Source: Leucoraja erinacea (Eukaryota). Taken from it: a DNA stretch of 64,000 bases. This document shows positions 37,000 to 49,859 of this stretch, in pieces. Positions within the stretch are counted from its first letter, which is position 1; every line of letters starts with the position of its first letter. The notes beneath the pieces are model-generated. The model searched no databases and was not told where the DNA came from. It worked only from the letters and a program-made list of their open reading frames with translations. The stretch covers positions 28,582,001 to 28,646,000 of the forward strand of contig NC_073390.1 of assembly GCF_028641065.1 (NCBI RefSeq), given 5' to 3'. The translations under genes and the position numbers were made by a program.

Positions 37000-38010
37000 A
37001 TGCCTGCCTTTTTGTTGGTCACATCTAACAGTCCTTGTTCCGGGTATGCACTTCATTAACTTCACCACTAACTTCTACAATGAATGCCCTCAATATCTGG
37101 ACTATCTCTGACACCTCTTTCCCCTTTCTTGGTCTCCATCGCAGGGGACAGACTATCGACTGATGTCTACTATAAATCTACTGACTCCCACAGTTATCTT
37201 GACAACACTTTCTCCCACTCTGCCGCTTGCAAAGATGCTATCCCCTACTGTCAATTCTTCCGTCTCCGCTGCATCTGCTCCTAAGATGAGGTGTTCCATA
37301 CGAGGACATCTGAGATGTCCTCAATCCTCAGTGGTTTCCCCCCCGTCTGTTGTAGATGGATCTCTCAACCGTGTCTCTTCTGTGTCCCGGAGTTCTGCTC
37401 TTGCTTCCTCGTCTTCCCCCAGACGCACAAAGAGTTCCCCTGGTCCTCGCCTTTCACCGACCAGCCTCTGCATTCAACATATCATCCTCTGACATTTCCG
37501 TCACCTCCAACGTGATCCCACCACTAATCGTTCTGCCGTCCGCAGAGACCGCTCCCTCTGCAACTCCTCGGTTTACTCATCCCTTCCCACCAAAACTACC
37601 CCCTCCCCAGGTAATTTCCCTGCAGGAGTTGAACTCCAGTCCTTATACCTCCTCTCTCGACTACATTCAGGGATTCCAACAGTCCTTCACAGATTCACAT
37701 GCACCTCTAACCTCATCTACTGCATCCGGTGTTCCCTCTGCGGGCTCCTGGACATCATGGCGACCAAACATAGATTCAGCAATCGTTTTGCTGAACACCT
37801 AGCTAGGTCTTCCAAGGTCTACTGGATCTCCTGAATGCTATCTACATTATCTCCCCTTCCCATTCCCATACTGACCTTTCAGTCCTGGACCTCCTCCATT
37901 GTCGAGTGAGGTCACATGCAAACTGGAGGAACAGCACCTCATATTTCATTTGGCGAGCTTACAATCCAACAGTATGATTCAATTGTGTCAATTTTAAGTA
38001 ACTTCTACAA
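37000..38010 (+). mobile_element. Degraded Penelope-like element (RT C-terminus plus GIY-YIG) in a HENMT1 intron
   Basis: LSTDVYYKSTDSHSYL..AIPYCQFFRLRCICS, and homology to 33160-33900. Confidence 0.85.
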
Positions 38011-39106
38011 AACACATCCCTCCCCCCCCCCCCCCCCATTTCCCCTTTCTCCCCACATCCTCTCTCTGACCCCCCCCCCCCCAAAAAAAAAACAAGAGTT
38101 GCCAAGAAGTTGCTACCAATGGAAGTATTGTGAAAGCAGATATTATAGCAACATTTAAGAAGCATTTGGACAGGTACACAAACAGCCAGGTAATGGAGGT
38201 TTATTGTCTCTATATAGGCAGGTCTGCAGTTTAAATGTTCAGCCAATGTACCTGTCCTGTGTTGTGCTGTTCTGTAACGCCTTTCCTCCAAACTCATTTC
38301 CTCCTTGCTGAGTTTCCATTTTGAGATATATTTTGGTTTGTTCTTCAATCTGAATGTCAGATTGGTTGCGTGTTACCTGGTTAATCCATTGGTGGCAGTT
38401 TGACTGGTGAACAGCATCACCTCAAGACGAAGAATGAAGGGACATTGAGTAAAAAACAAACTGCTAGAGGACCTGAACAAGTCCGACTGGAGAAGGGCCC
38501 CGACCTGTAACATCAACTATCCATTTCCCTTCACAGATGCTGCCTGGCCCACTGAGTTTCTCCATATATATGCTCTCTCAGCCCTAATCCCAACCTCGGC
38601 ATCTTGAGCTCTTCTTCCATTGCCTAAATGCCCATTTTATTCTGACATGGAATTCTCTCCTCCCACCTACTGTTGACTCTTTCTCCTGTCTCCTATAATC
38701 TTGTTCCTCTTGGACACTTCCCTCTGGCTTTTAATCCCTCGTGACCTTTTCATTTCTAACTGCCGACATGACATCAACTACCCTGACCTCTCATTCCCCT
38801 TACCCACTCCAACCTCACCCCCTTTGCTCTCTGTGCCCATCCCAACCTCGCCGTCCAGTCCAAGTGAATGATCTCAACCCAAAACAAAATCTGTCCATTT
38901 CCCTCCACAGATGCCACCTGACCCACTGAGTTCATCTAGTTGCTCTCCTTTTTTTTTGCAAAATACATTTGTACAGTATCATTAATGTGATGAACAGAAT
39001 ATAAAAGGATTACTTTCGTCCTCTGGCAATTGCAGGTGAAGTAACATGAAGGTGTAACGGTTTGTAAAATATTATTTGGTGATTCTCTGCCCTCTCCTGT
39101 GTCCAG

Positions 39107-39219
39107 GTGGCAGATTTGGGATGTGCACGATGCACTCTACTGTCTCGGTTAAAGTTCTGCAGTTGTATTGAGGTTCTTATCGGAGTGGACACAGACTTGG
39201 AACTTCTGAAGGAAAACAT
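39107..39219 (+). CDS. HENMT1: HENMT1 coding exon (113 nt), SAM-binding motif I
   Basis: cag|GTG..AT|gtaatt; VADLGCARCTLLSRLKFCSCIEVLIGVDTDLELLKEN(M). Confidence 0.95.
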
Positions 39220-39319
39220 GTAATTTGATTTTGATAAATGCTTTTCTTAGGTTTTCCAATGGACTTTGATCGGTCCATTCCCTTTCTGCTTTGTAAGAAG
39301 ATACCTTCTTCACTTGTTA

Positions 39320-39790
39320 TCACGTCAAGTTTACTGTCACATGCACAAGTATGGTGAGGGACAGGTGCATTGAAAATCTTGCTTGCAGCAGCATCACAGT
39401 AACATACGCACAAAAACATAACACACATAAGTTACACATATTGTACAAAACAGTGTGCAAAAAACAAGACACAATTAGAAAATGAGTCCATGGTGGTGCA
39501 AGAATTCCATTGCTCTATTCTGCTGATAGTTGTAGGAAAGTAGCTGTTCCTGAACCTGGTGGTGAGGGACCAGGCTTCTGTATCTTCTGCCCATAGCAGT
39601 GAGCAGAGGGCATGGTGAGACTCCTTGATGATAGATGCTGCCTTCTTAAGGCAACACCTCTTGTAGACGCTTTTGTTGGTTGGGAGGGTTTGTGCCCATG
39701 AAGGGCCAGGCTGAGTTCATCACTCGGAAGTCTCGTACATTACATTGCATTCCAGTGCATTGGAACTGCCACACCAGACCATGATACAAC
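39320..39790 (-). mobile_element. Rex1/Babar LINE 3' fragment
   Basis: Plus-strand GTTTACTGTCACATGCAC tail and GCTGTTCCTGAACCTGG / CCTTGATGATAGATGCTGCCTTC, the same motifs as 24752-25152. Confidence 0.75.
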
Positions 39791-40084
39791 CAAACATTTA
39801 TTTAGCTGGGACCCAAGTTTTCACTGCAAAGGCTTTTACTGCCCATTCCTAGTTGCTTAAGAGACTGTTTCAAAAGGGCATTGTTACTGCTGTGTGGTTG
39901 TATACAAGCCAACTTGAGTACAGGTTTCTTCTCGAAAGCCCAATAGTTCAGTTTAGGTACACAGCCCGGAAACACAAGTCCACCAAGTCCGCGCTAAACA
40001 TGGATCCCGTACACTAGCATTATCGTACAGACTAGGGACAGTTTACAAATGTTATCAAAGCCAAATTAACCTACAAACCTGTAC

Positions 40085-40430
40085 AGCTCTGGAGGGAAGG
40101 AATGGGTGACGTTTCGAGTCGAGACCCTTCTTCACATTGAAAGTCATGGGAAAGGGAAACGAGAGATGTAGGCGATGATGTAGAGAGATATAGAGCAAAT
40201 GAATGAAAGATATTCGAAAATTATAAAGGAAACAAGGCATTGTTAGCTGTTTACTAGGTGAAGACGTAAAACTGGTGTGACTTGGTGGGGGCGGGATGGA
40301 GAGAGGGAATGCAGTGGTTAATTGAAGTTAGAAAAATCAAAACTCATACTCCTGGGTTGTAAGCTGCCCAAGTGAAATATGAAATGCTGCTCCTCAATTT
40401 TATGTTTAGCCTCACTCTGGCAATAGAGGA
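40085..40430 (-). mobile_element. Penelope tail fragment with hammerhead-like motif
   Basis: - strand GTGAAGAAGGGTCTCGACTCGAAACGTCACCC; homologous to 33850-34170. Confidence 0.8.
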
Positions 40431-41474
40431 GACGTCAGACATATGGGGAGAATAGGGTTACAGAGTATGGATGATGGGATGAATGGCCTCTTCCTGTGTT
40501 GTAATGGAGTACGGAAATGAAAATGTGACTCATAGGATAGATGAATCTGAAAGTGGCCAGAGATGGGATTGGGTGTGAGTGTGCGTGAGTGACTGATGCG
40601 GTCATTATGCGTGGTTAGGAGGGGGGGGGTTCAACTTTGGGTGAGGTTGCTGTGAATTATGAGCTTGAGGCTCCAGTGTTATTCAGACTAGTTGGGTGAG
40701 TGGGGAATTTCATGGCAGGTACAGTGTGACAGGGATATAGAAGAGGTGATCTATTGTAAATGTAAAACCAGACCAGATAATTCATGGTTTGATTTTACAG
40801 CCACAGATTATCTGAATGGTGAAGACTGGGAAATTGGATGGTGTGGACATCTGGGAGATGGATACACCTGTCTGTAAAAACAAGGGCAGCAGTTGTAAAG
40901 GCAGATGATATGGTGGTCTTCACTGGAAGGGAACAAGGAGCCTTGCTGCAGCTGGACAGATTTGTGATGGGATCCCACCCAGTGTTGTGACTCTCCTTCT
41001 CTGAGGAACGGTGTTCTTGTTTTGGGGAAGTGTAACAGAGGTTTACTGGATCGAATCCTGGGTTGGTGGGACTTGTCTGGATGTTCTCTGGAGTGAAGCA
41101 GAATGAAATGACATCTCATTAAAAGCTATACAATTCTAACAACTGGACACGTCCTATGCAGGAAGGTTTCAGATGATGGGAGGGTCAAGAACAGCTTTAA
41201 GAAGGAGGGTTTGCTGTCTAGATCACAAGCGGGAGAAGTGTCTGTGAATTCTCTGCCATAGTCAGATGTTGAGCACCTTCGGAACCGGTACTGATGGAAT
41301 ATTGGGCCCAGAGGGTATGCCAGTTAGACGGGAGCGTGCATGAGGTATAGGATTCTCCTGCAAAGAATTTAAAAAAAATACCTGAAACTTCCCACACATA
41401 TTCTTCATTGTGCGATTGTCCCATTAAACTTTACACTTTTGGCGATGATGAACTGGGGTTCTTGCTCCCACCAG

Positions 41475-41609
41475 GTACCGTGTCTCCCCCTTGCCCGGTG
41501 ACTACCTGCAGCCCCGGCCCAGCCCATTGTCAGTGAGACTGTACCAGGGATCTGTCGCTGTGAAGGACCCGCGCATGCTGGATTGTGATTTTGTTTCGTG
41601 CATTGAATT
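41475..41609 (+). CDS. HENMT1: HENMT1 coding exon (135 nt)
   Basis: cag|G..TT|gtaagt; YRVSPLPGDYLQPRPSPLSVRLYQGSVAVKDPRMLDCDFVSCIE(L). Confidence 0.95.
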
Positions 41610-42654
41610 GTAAGTATCTGTATTGGCTTACTATTATTGTCGCATGAGATACAGTAAAAAACATTGTGTGGAAAATCATTTCGATGATGATTCAATGGTA
41701 CTTGATTGTCACATGTACCAAGATAAAGTAAAATAATTTGTTTTGCATACAATTCAGTAAAATCATACTATACATAAGGACAATCATAAATAAGTATAAA
41801 AGTACAATGATTGTAGTGTAAGAATAGTAGACTTCACCAAGGTAGTACACAAAGAGGTGCCACTTTTCTGACGCCACCTTGTGCCCTTCAGCTTTCACGT
41901 TCTTGGACTCTTATCTTGTCCGTAAAGGCCCGTTGTCCTGCTGGCAGCACTGGGTTGGTGTTGCAGGGATCAGCCCGGCCTGGTAATGCTGTGGATGTCC
42001 TCCACTGCTGATCCACCGCTGTGTACAATCTGCACGCTTGGCCTCTGTGGGACCTCCAGCAGTAGCTCTGTCCCTCTGGGTAGAGGTACAGTAAATAAGA
42101 CACTACCCGAACTTATGGACTTGATTCACTGGAGAGGATGCAGAGGAGGGTTCACCTCAATTGGAATGTTTCAGTTATGAGAGGCTTGGCTTGTTTTCTA
42201 TGGAGTAGAAGATGCTGAGGAATGTTTGAAAGAGGTATACACATTAAGAGGACATGGATGGGGAAACTTGACCATAGCAGGTGTTTATGACGAGAAGGTA
42301 TAGGTAGATGAGAAAGTGGGTTAACTTAACTAGTGTGAAGGGTGATCGATGGTTGGCATTGACCCGTTGGGCTGAAGTGCCTGTTTCCATGCTATGTCTT
42401 TCAATCAACTCAATTAGCCACCCTCTAGTTACCCGGCACTTCACTCGCCAAATGATGATCTTACTGAGACTAGAGCACTTGGATGCAACCGAACTGGAAT
42501 GATAAAATGCTGGTCTGAAGAAGGGTCTCAACCCGAAACAACACCCATTCCTTCTCTCCAGAGATGCTGACTGTTTCACTGAGTTACTCCAGCATTTTTG
42601 TTTATCTTCTATCTTCGGTTTAAACCAGCATCTGCAGTTCCTTCCTACACAAAT

Positions 42655-43890
42655 TATAGGCTGGTTAGTCTGACTTCCGTGGTTGGCAAGATTTTAGAGT
42701 CCATTTGAGGAAGAAACCAGCAAGATCACCAAAGGAGAAAAAATTGAGGTTTTTACTTGGATTTTCGGAAGGCCTTTAATAAGGTACTGCACGTGAGGCT
42801 GCTAAACAAGAAAGGGGTCCATGGTATTGGAGGCAAGGTAACTAGCATGACTGGCAGAAGACAAAGACTGGGAATAAAGGTGACCTTTTCTGGTTGGTTA
42901 CCAGTGGTGTTCTGCGTGGGTCAGTGTTGGGTCCGTTACTTCTCACGTTTTATGTTAATAATCTGGATGATGGAATTAGTGTCCAAGTTTGTGGATGATC
43001 AGTAGATAGGTGGAGGGACAGATTGTGTTGAGGAAGCGGAGATTCTGCTGAAGGTCTTGGACACGATGGGAGAGTGCGTAAAGAAGTGGCAGGTGGAATA
43101 CAGTGTAGCAAAGTGTACAGTCATGCACTTTGGTAGAAGGATTAAAGGCATAGACTATTTTCTAAAGGATTCACAAATCAAAGGTACAAATGGATTGGGA
43201 GAGCTGGTGCGGGTCAAGTCCGCAGTGAAGAAGACCAATGCAGTGTGAGCATTCATTTCGAGAGGACTAGAATATAAAATCAAGAATGTAACGCTGAGGC
43301 TTTATAAGATGCCGAGCAGGTCACATTTGGAAAATTGTGAGCAGTTTTGGGGCCCATATCTGAGGAAGGATGTGCTAGTGTTGGAGAGGGTCGAGAGGAA
43401 GTGGACTAGAATGATTCCAGGGATGAATGGGTTAACACATGAGGAGCATTTGTCGGCTCTGGGTCTGTACTCACTGGCATTTATATAAATGAGGGGGGGA
43501 ACCCATTGTGTCCGACCGAATAATGAAAGGCCGAGATAGAGTCAATGTGGGGAGGATGTTTCCAGTTGTGGGAGAGTCTAGGACCAGAGGGTACAAACTC
43601 TGAATAAAAGGATGTATCTTTAGACTAGAGATGCAAAGAAATTTATTTAGCCATAGTTTAGTGAATCTGTGGAATTCTCTGCCACAGATATCTGTGAAGG
43701 CCAAATCATTGGGTATTAAAAGCAGAGATTGATAGGCTCTTAATTAGTAAGGGCATCAAAGGTTACAGGAGAAGGCAGAGAATGTGATTGAGGGGGAAAA
43801 AATAGATCAGCCTTGATTGAATGGCAGAGCAGACTCGATGGGCCAAATGATTTAATTCTACTCCTGTGTCTTATGTTGTTATGGTCTTAC
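42655..43890 (+). mobile_element. Degraded CR1 LINE ORF2 3' part
   Basis: DFRKAFNKV, KFVDD, KCTVMHFG remnants and a CR1 3' UTR. Confidence 0.85.
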
Positions 43891-44498
43891 TGTAATATAG
43901 ACTATCCTCAAGACATCTCAATTAACTATCCCAAGTTCCCTCACCATCATGTATTTCTCCACAACAGAGGAGAAATCCTCATCATTCTCCTGTGACTCCA
44001 CACTTAGATGACCGCTTTGGGTTCTGTGGGGCCCTATTCTCTCTCTCATTGCCCTCTTTTAATGTACAGGCACTCCCCGACTTAGCTAACAGGGTTGAGT
44101 AAAATCTGACTTGCATAAGGCTTTACGGAATGCTGCCCTTGCATAAGTCGAGGAGTGTCAATACGATAAAATCCCTTTGGATTTTCTTAAATCTTATCTG
44201 CCAGAGGGTAATTTGATCCAAGTTTTAAAGCAATTTAACATTTCAAGTTTGAGACCCTTTGCCAGAGTTTGCCAGGGAAAGAATTCCAAAAACATTCCTC
44301 GCTGACCAGAAATTCTGTTTCCAGAACTTTCTGTATTTATTTCCCTATGAACTTCCACTTCCTCTCACATTTAATCATTGCTTTGTAGGGACCCTTCCTT
44401 TTGGAGCATCAGAAAATACATTGGGTACATACAATGTATTCCTTGAGGATTTCCCTGTAACGATAATGCACAATGTAATTTATTGTTGTCTTATTTGA

Positions 44499-44705
<207 letters not shown>

Positions 44706-44729
44706 TAAGTGGACTTCTCGGGACTTCTC

Positions 44730-45055
44730 TTCCTTCATTCTGGGACATTGCGTGCAAACGTTGCTTGTCCAAGGCCAACAGCATTATAAAAGACCCCACA
44801 CATCTCCATCATGGACTATTCACTCTGCTGCCCTCGGGCAAAAGGTATCGCAGTATAAGGAGCAGAACGGCCAGGTTTTGCAACAGCTTCTTCCCCCGAG
44901 CCATCAGACACTTGAATTCCATATAATTTGCCGCCACTATTATCTATTTATCTGTTTTATCTTTTTCCATTTTATTCCATTTCTTTATTCACTTAGCCAG
45001 ATCAGAATTTCAGAGACTTGCATTTGTGGTGTGCAGAATGACAATAAAAGTATTT
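44730..45055 (+). mobile_element. Rex1/Babar LINE 3' fragment
   Basis: RCLSKANSIIKDPTH..LLPSGKRYRSIRSRTARFCNSFFP; tail ATGACAATAAA. Confidence 0.85.
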
Positions 45056-45394
45056 GATTGATGGGATTTTCCATCCTGCTCAGAAAACACTGGAGACTAA
45101 CCTTACAGTGAAGAAAATAGATGCAGGAGAAGGTTATTGCCCCATGAACCCAGCTGTAGTTTACAGTCATCCAGAAGAAAATAGATGCAGGAGAAGGTCA
45201 TTCAGCCCTCAACCTTGCCCCACCAATTGATATGATCAAGGCTGCTCTACACTGGCTGCAGCTCCTCGGTGCTAGTTCACCACTGCCCTCAATTTGATTA
45301 ATCTTTCAGTAATGTATCTACTTACTCTTTAAACACCCTCAAAGATCTGGCTTCCACAAACCCCAGGGATAGAGAATTCCTGACATTCACTGTG

Positions 45395-46444
45395 TAGCAA
45401 TGTTACAACATTTTGAGATTTCAAAAATCAAGTCTGCAATTTATCCCATCAGATAAAGCATAACAATAAGTTTAATTTGACACCTAATTCACTTTCATAT
45501 CTCAAGTAATAAAAAAGTTATGGCCATTTTCATACTCGGAAATTAGCATCCCTATTGATTTTCTAAGGACATAACAAAAAAGCTGTGAGCGTGGACAGTC
45601 AAAAGCCCATAATCTTCTTAGAAATTAAGAGAACTGAATGAAATTTTCAGTTATCATAGATTGAAGCATTCTGAAACAAATATAAAACAATCTTACTTGG
45701 ATGACCTGAAATTAAAGCAGATAATTAGTTAGTTACCCAATTGTAGCTAATTTCAAACTTCAATTACTAGATCTAAACATCTATCCATTTCTTAATAAAT
45801 GATTAACATTTTTAAATAGCCTAAGTGTCCAAATAATATTCACAAATAATTCACAATAAAACATGATTTTAAATCTCATTTACATCAATTTATAGCCAAA
45901 TGGAAGGAATTTCAGTGTTCAACTTGCATTTGTGGTGTATTTTTGAATGACAATAAAAGTATTTAAATGGCTTTCTAGTGGGTTCCTGTGAACGTGCTGG
46001 TTTAGAACGTTCACATTGCGCTGGATTTGTGCCCTCAAGTGCCCAGAAAAATACTGCGGGATATAAAGAGCCCAAAATGAACTACTCGCTATAGAAAATT
46101 TTATATACAGGGTTCTTAAGAAGCCCCATTTAATGTAAAAATAAGGTACATACCTTTAATTGTTTGCTTTATAAAACCCTGGGGCTGCGAGAGGTTGCGA
46201 GTTTAGAGAGTGATTTTTAAACTACTATAACTATTATACAAGGCCATAAAAACTAATAATACCTTTTGCGACGGGGTCTTTCAGCGATTTTCCGTTAATG
46301 ATTTACTAGGCTGAACATTTTCGATTGCAACAGCCTAGTAAAAATCGCGTTTTAAACCCGCCCCCTCTAAACAGCGCCAAAATCGCACACACGGGGTAGG
46401 GCAGATGCTCAGCCACGATTCAGGTAGGTTTTGTAACATACCTA
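45395..46444. mobile_element. Non-autonomous DNA transposon, superfamily unassigned, interrupting a - strand CR1 fragment
   Basis: Imperfect TIRs TAGCAATGTTACAA / TTGTAACATACCTA; flanks CACTGTG / CTCTGTG; CR1 3' UTR continues on both sides. Confidence 0.65.
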
Positions 46445-46925
46445 CTCTGTGAGAAGCAGCTCCATTTTAAATGCCTGTCCCAAATATTGTAACTACAACC
46501 CCTCGTTCAAATTCCCCACTCATGGGAATAATTCTACTTCATGTCCCTTAAGGATCTAGCAAGTCTCAATAATATAATCCTTCAAACTCTAGAGATCTAG
46601 ATACAGCACAGAATCAGGCCCTTCATCCCACCAAGTCCATGGTGATCATTGACATCCCATCTGCACTAATCTCATTTACCAGCATTTGGTCCACAGACTT
46701 CTGCTCCAGATTTCCACCACGTGCTGGGTAAATAATCTCTTCCTGAAATTCCCTCTGAATCAAACACCCCTTATAACCCTAAACTCTCATTTGTAGTTTT
46801 AGATATCTCTGCCACGGGGAAAGATTTCCTAATATCTAGCCTCTCACTGCCCTTCATAATTCTGTGTAGTCGGTGAAAGTTAAAAGGCTGTGAATTACTA
46901 ATAGCCCTCTGCTCTGCTCCCGCAG

Positions 46926-47094
46926 GTGTCTGGACATTGGACGTACAAATGCCTACTCCATGGAGTTCACTGGTGTGGGCGTAGGGCCCGCAGGTACAGA
47001 AACACTGGGCTTCTGTACTCAAGTAGCGATCTTCCGCAGAGATCCTTCAAGGGCCAAAATCAAGATGAAGAACTCTGAGTTACCGTACAAGTTG
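46926..47094 (+). CDS. HENMT1: HENMT1 coding exon (169 nt)
   Basis: cag|G..TTG|gtgagt; CLDIGRTNAYSMEFTGVGVGPAGTETLGFCTQVAIFRR.., matching the Hen1 FTGVG..GxCTQ motif. Confidence 0.95.
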
Positions 47095-47522
47095 GTGAGT
47101 GTTGTAAGTCAGAAGGGAGTGAAGATTATAGAGGAAGCACCTGTAGTCACAGTGACCACTCCTCTTCCTCCCCCCTCCTTTTGCTTCGCCTTTCTCCTTT
47201 CGCTTCTCGCTGTTGTTTTCTCCCGTCCCACTTTCACTCTCCATCCCCACCTCCCCCCCCCCCCCCCCCCCGCTCTCGTCTCCCTCCCTGCTGCTCCTGT
47301 CTCTCGCTCCACTCTTCCCACTCAGTCAGTCAGTGAGCTGAATCTCCGTCCCCACATCCTGTGAGTGTTCTTCCTAAATCATCAAACCTCCATAATCCGA
47401 ATCCATTAACTAATAAACAAGCCACCTTTTTCATGGATTCCTGTATGTCCTGGGATTGCCTCTGTAAACGTGCTGTGAAGAACACTGTGACCCTTTGTTA
47501 GTTCTTCCCTCTTGTGTCACAG

Positions 47523-47957
47523 GTTTATGAAGCTGTTTACCCAAGTCTGCAAAATCGGAAAATCTTGCACGATGCCATCCTGAATGAGGTGATCTTCGCT
47601 GCGGAATGTGTGAGACGGAGTTTCATTGACATTGACACTGGTGGGCAGAGTGAATGGAGGACGTGCAGAGCTGACGGCGAGGAGTGTGCACGGGCTGCTT
47701 TTAGCCCGGAGGTCAGCGGCCCATCGTTTGGGGGGAGCCCAGAGGTCGCGGGGTGCCCTGAGCTCAGCTGGAGCCCCGAGGTCACCAAAATCGGTGCTCA
47801 GCTTCACATTCCCGTGTCCACATTCTTCAACAACCCCCGAATCCGGCAGCTCAGTGACTCCCTCCAGCAGCTGCAGGAGGTGCTGCAGGCGTCTAACAGA
47901 GTGAAGCTCAGTCACTGCGGTTCCTCAGTCCTGTATCCAGCCGGGGATGAGAACTGA
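47523..47957 (+). CDS. HENMT1: HENMT1 terminal coding exon; spliced CDS 1122 nt = 373 aa
   Basis: cag|GTT; VYEAVYPSLQNRKILHDAILNEV..GDEN*, with the vertebrate HENMT1 YPSL motif; phase-consistent with upstream exons. Confidence 0.92.
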   Translation, partial: VYEAVYPSLQNRKILHDAILNEVIFAAECVRRSFIDIDTGGQSEWRTCRADGEECARAAFSPEVSGPSFGGSPEVAGCPELSWSPEVTKIGAQLHIPVSTFFNNPRIRQLSDSLQQLQEVLQASNRVKLSHCGSSVLYPAGDEN

Positions 47958-47975
47958 TCAGTGGCAGGAACTGAA

Positions 47976-47981
47976 AATAAA
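47976..47981 (+). terminator. Candidate HENMT1 polyadenylation signal
   Basis: AATAAA 18 nt after the stop codon. Confidence 0.6.
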
Positions 47982-48734
47982 CAATTCCTCAGATCAGTGT
48001 GCAGGAGCTTTTGCTCATTCTAACAGTTCACTGAGGCAAGGGGGATGAATAGAGGCTCTGGGAAGCCTTACCTTCTCTCACGACTGTTTGCTATCCTGGT
48101 ATCTGTGGGGATTGGAGAGGCGCCACAGTCTTGCTGTTCATTCCCTGGGCTGTTTTACCTGAGTTGTGATGGATTGTTTAATGTATATGAACCGATACCG
48201 GGTTGTTAATGGAGAAAGATGATAATACAAGAGGCCATTGAGGATACTTTGATTCATTGAAATCAATTATCCACCTGCCCAGTATCCCACAGAGGATCAC
48301 ACAGAAATGGGCCTGTGCTGACTATCAAGTATGTATTGATACAAATCCCATTGATAAGCAATGTAACCTTATACACCTCAGCAATTAAAATGCTTATGCA
48401 GGTGCTTCTTAAATGTACTTGCTTCCACTACCTTCTTTGCCAGAATTTAACCTAGCTCCAGGTGAAAATGTTCCTTCTCAATTCCTCTCTAAACCTCTTA
48501 AACATACCAAGAACATATTTCCTCCTTTGACCTCTCTGTCACGGGGAGAGATTTTTATCAAGTGTCCTAAACATATCCCTCATCATTTTGTACACCTCAT
48601 GTATAGCTGTGCAAAAATGCAGTCATTTTTGGTCCCAGTACCTAGTGCTTGAGGGTTGACCTGTTTCCAGTTCTGTGGGCTCTGAGAGGCCAGTGTAGGA
48701 CCATCAGAGTCTGCTGCAGGAGGTGGCAGGAGAT

Positions 48735-49270
48735 GGAATACTTTATTGTCACATGTGACAAGGCCCAGTGAAATTCTTTGCTTGCATACACAAGGTATAC
48801 AAAGAGCAGCCACCCACGGCTCTGACAAAGTTCGCCGGCTCCCCCTTGATGTTCTCCCTTCCCCCTCCCCCACAGCGGTTCCCTCACGCCGGGTCCCCAT
48901 TGTCCATTAGTCTCACCCCCTCCCTCCCTATTTGTCCTTCCCCTCCCTCTCTCACAGTGGTTCGCCCATCTCTTATCGACTGCTGACCGCGACGCATCAC
49001 CGCGGCCGCCGCTGCGAGCTTCACTACCAAGGCCTCATCACCATGAGGCTCCACCGCCGAGGCCTCACCACCGAATAGGCTTCACCGCCACCGAGGCTCA
49101 CCACTGCCACCGAGGCTCACCACTGCCACCGAGGCTCCATTTGGCCCAGGCAGGCTTCGCCCGCCCGTCTTTTCCGCAGGCACCTGGGAGGCCTGTGGGG
49201 GCGAGTCGGGCCTATCGGGCAGCTTCTGGTCTGCGGAGCAGTTGTTCAGCGGGTGAGGGGGGAAGGGGGA
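48735..49270 (-). mobile_element. Non-coding GC-rich retroposon with Rex1-type 3' tail; internal 19-bp tandem repeat
   Basis: Plus-strand CTTTATTGTCACATGTG..CAGTGAAATTCTTTGCTTGC tail; (CCGAGGCTCACCACTGCCA)n at ~49090-49137. Confidence 0.6.
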
Positions 49271-49859
49271 GGAGAGGTTGTAGGGTGCATTTTCTGCCTG
49301 GCTTCCTTGTGCTTCTGTTGAAGATACTCAAGATGTTTGGGGTCTCCTTGACAATTTGCCATTGCAAGGTGTCAAGGGGGCAAAAGGGATGAAGGTCGCC
49401 TACCGGCCTCTCCTGGGTACAGCACCGGTCCCTGACAGGACTATCAGAAAGAACCTGGAAAAGATGGAAGGGGGACTTCAGAAATGAAATTCAGTCCCCA
49501 GTTCTGGTGTGCTCAGCTGCTCCGTGTTGTCTGAAGAAAAGGGCAATTAAGGATGGAGAAGTACCAAACTGGCCAGTACCAAATTACAGGCAAGAAGATA
49601 TGTAGATCGGGGACAGACGGGGAGACGTGTACAGACATGTAGATTGTGTACAGGCGTGTGTATCAGGTGCAGACGGAGACGTGTGAACTGCCCATCAATA
49701 CTCATCGCAGTTACCAGCACTTGGTCCATAGCTTAGGTTGACCCGTTGAGAATCGAAGTATTAGAAACTACTGATATGTTGTTAGGGCCTTGACATACCT
49801 GCAAAGTGGAAAAACATCTTCCTCTGACTCCTTTGTAGGTCGGGTGGGACTGGATTAGA

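Noticed and set aside
39107-39130. DLGCA instead of DLGCG as a sign of inactive HENMT1
   Set aside because: Conservative change, and all metal-binding motifs, splice sites and the frame are intact.
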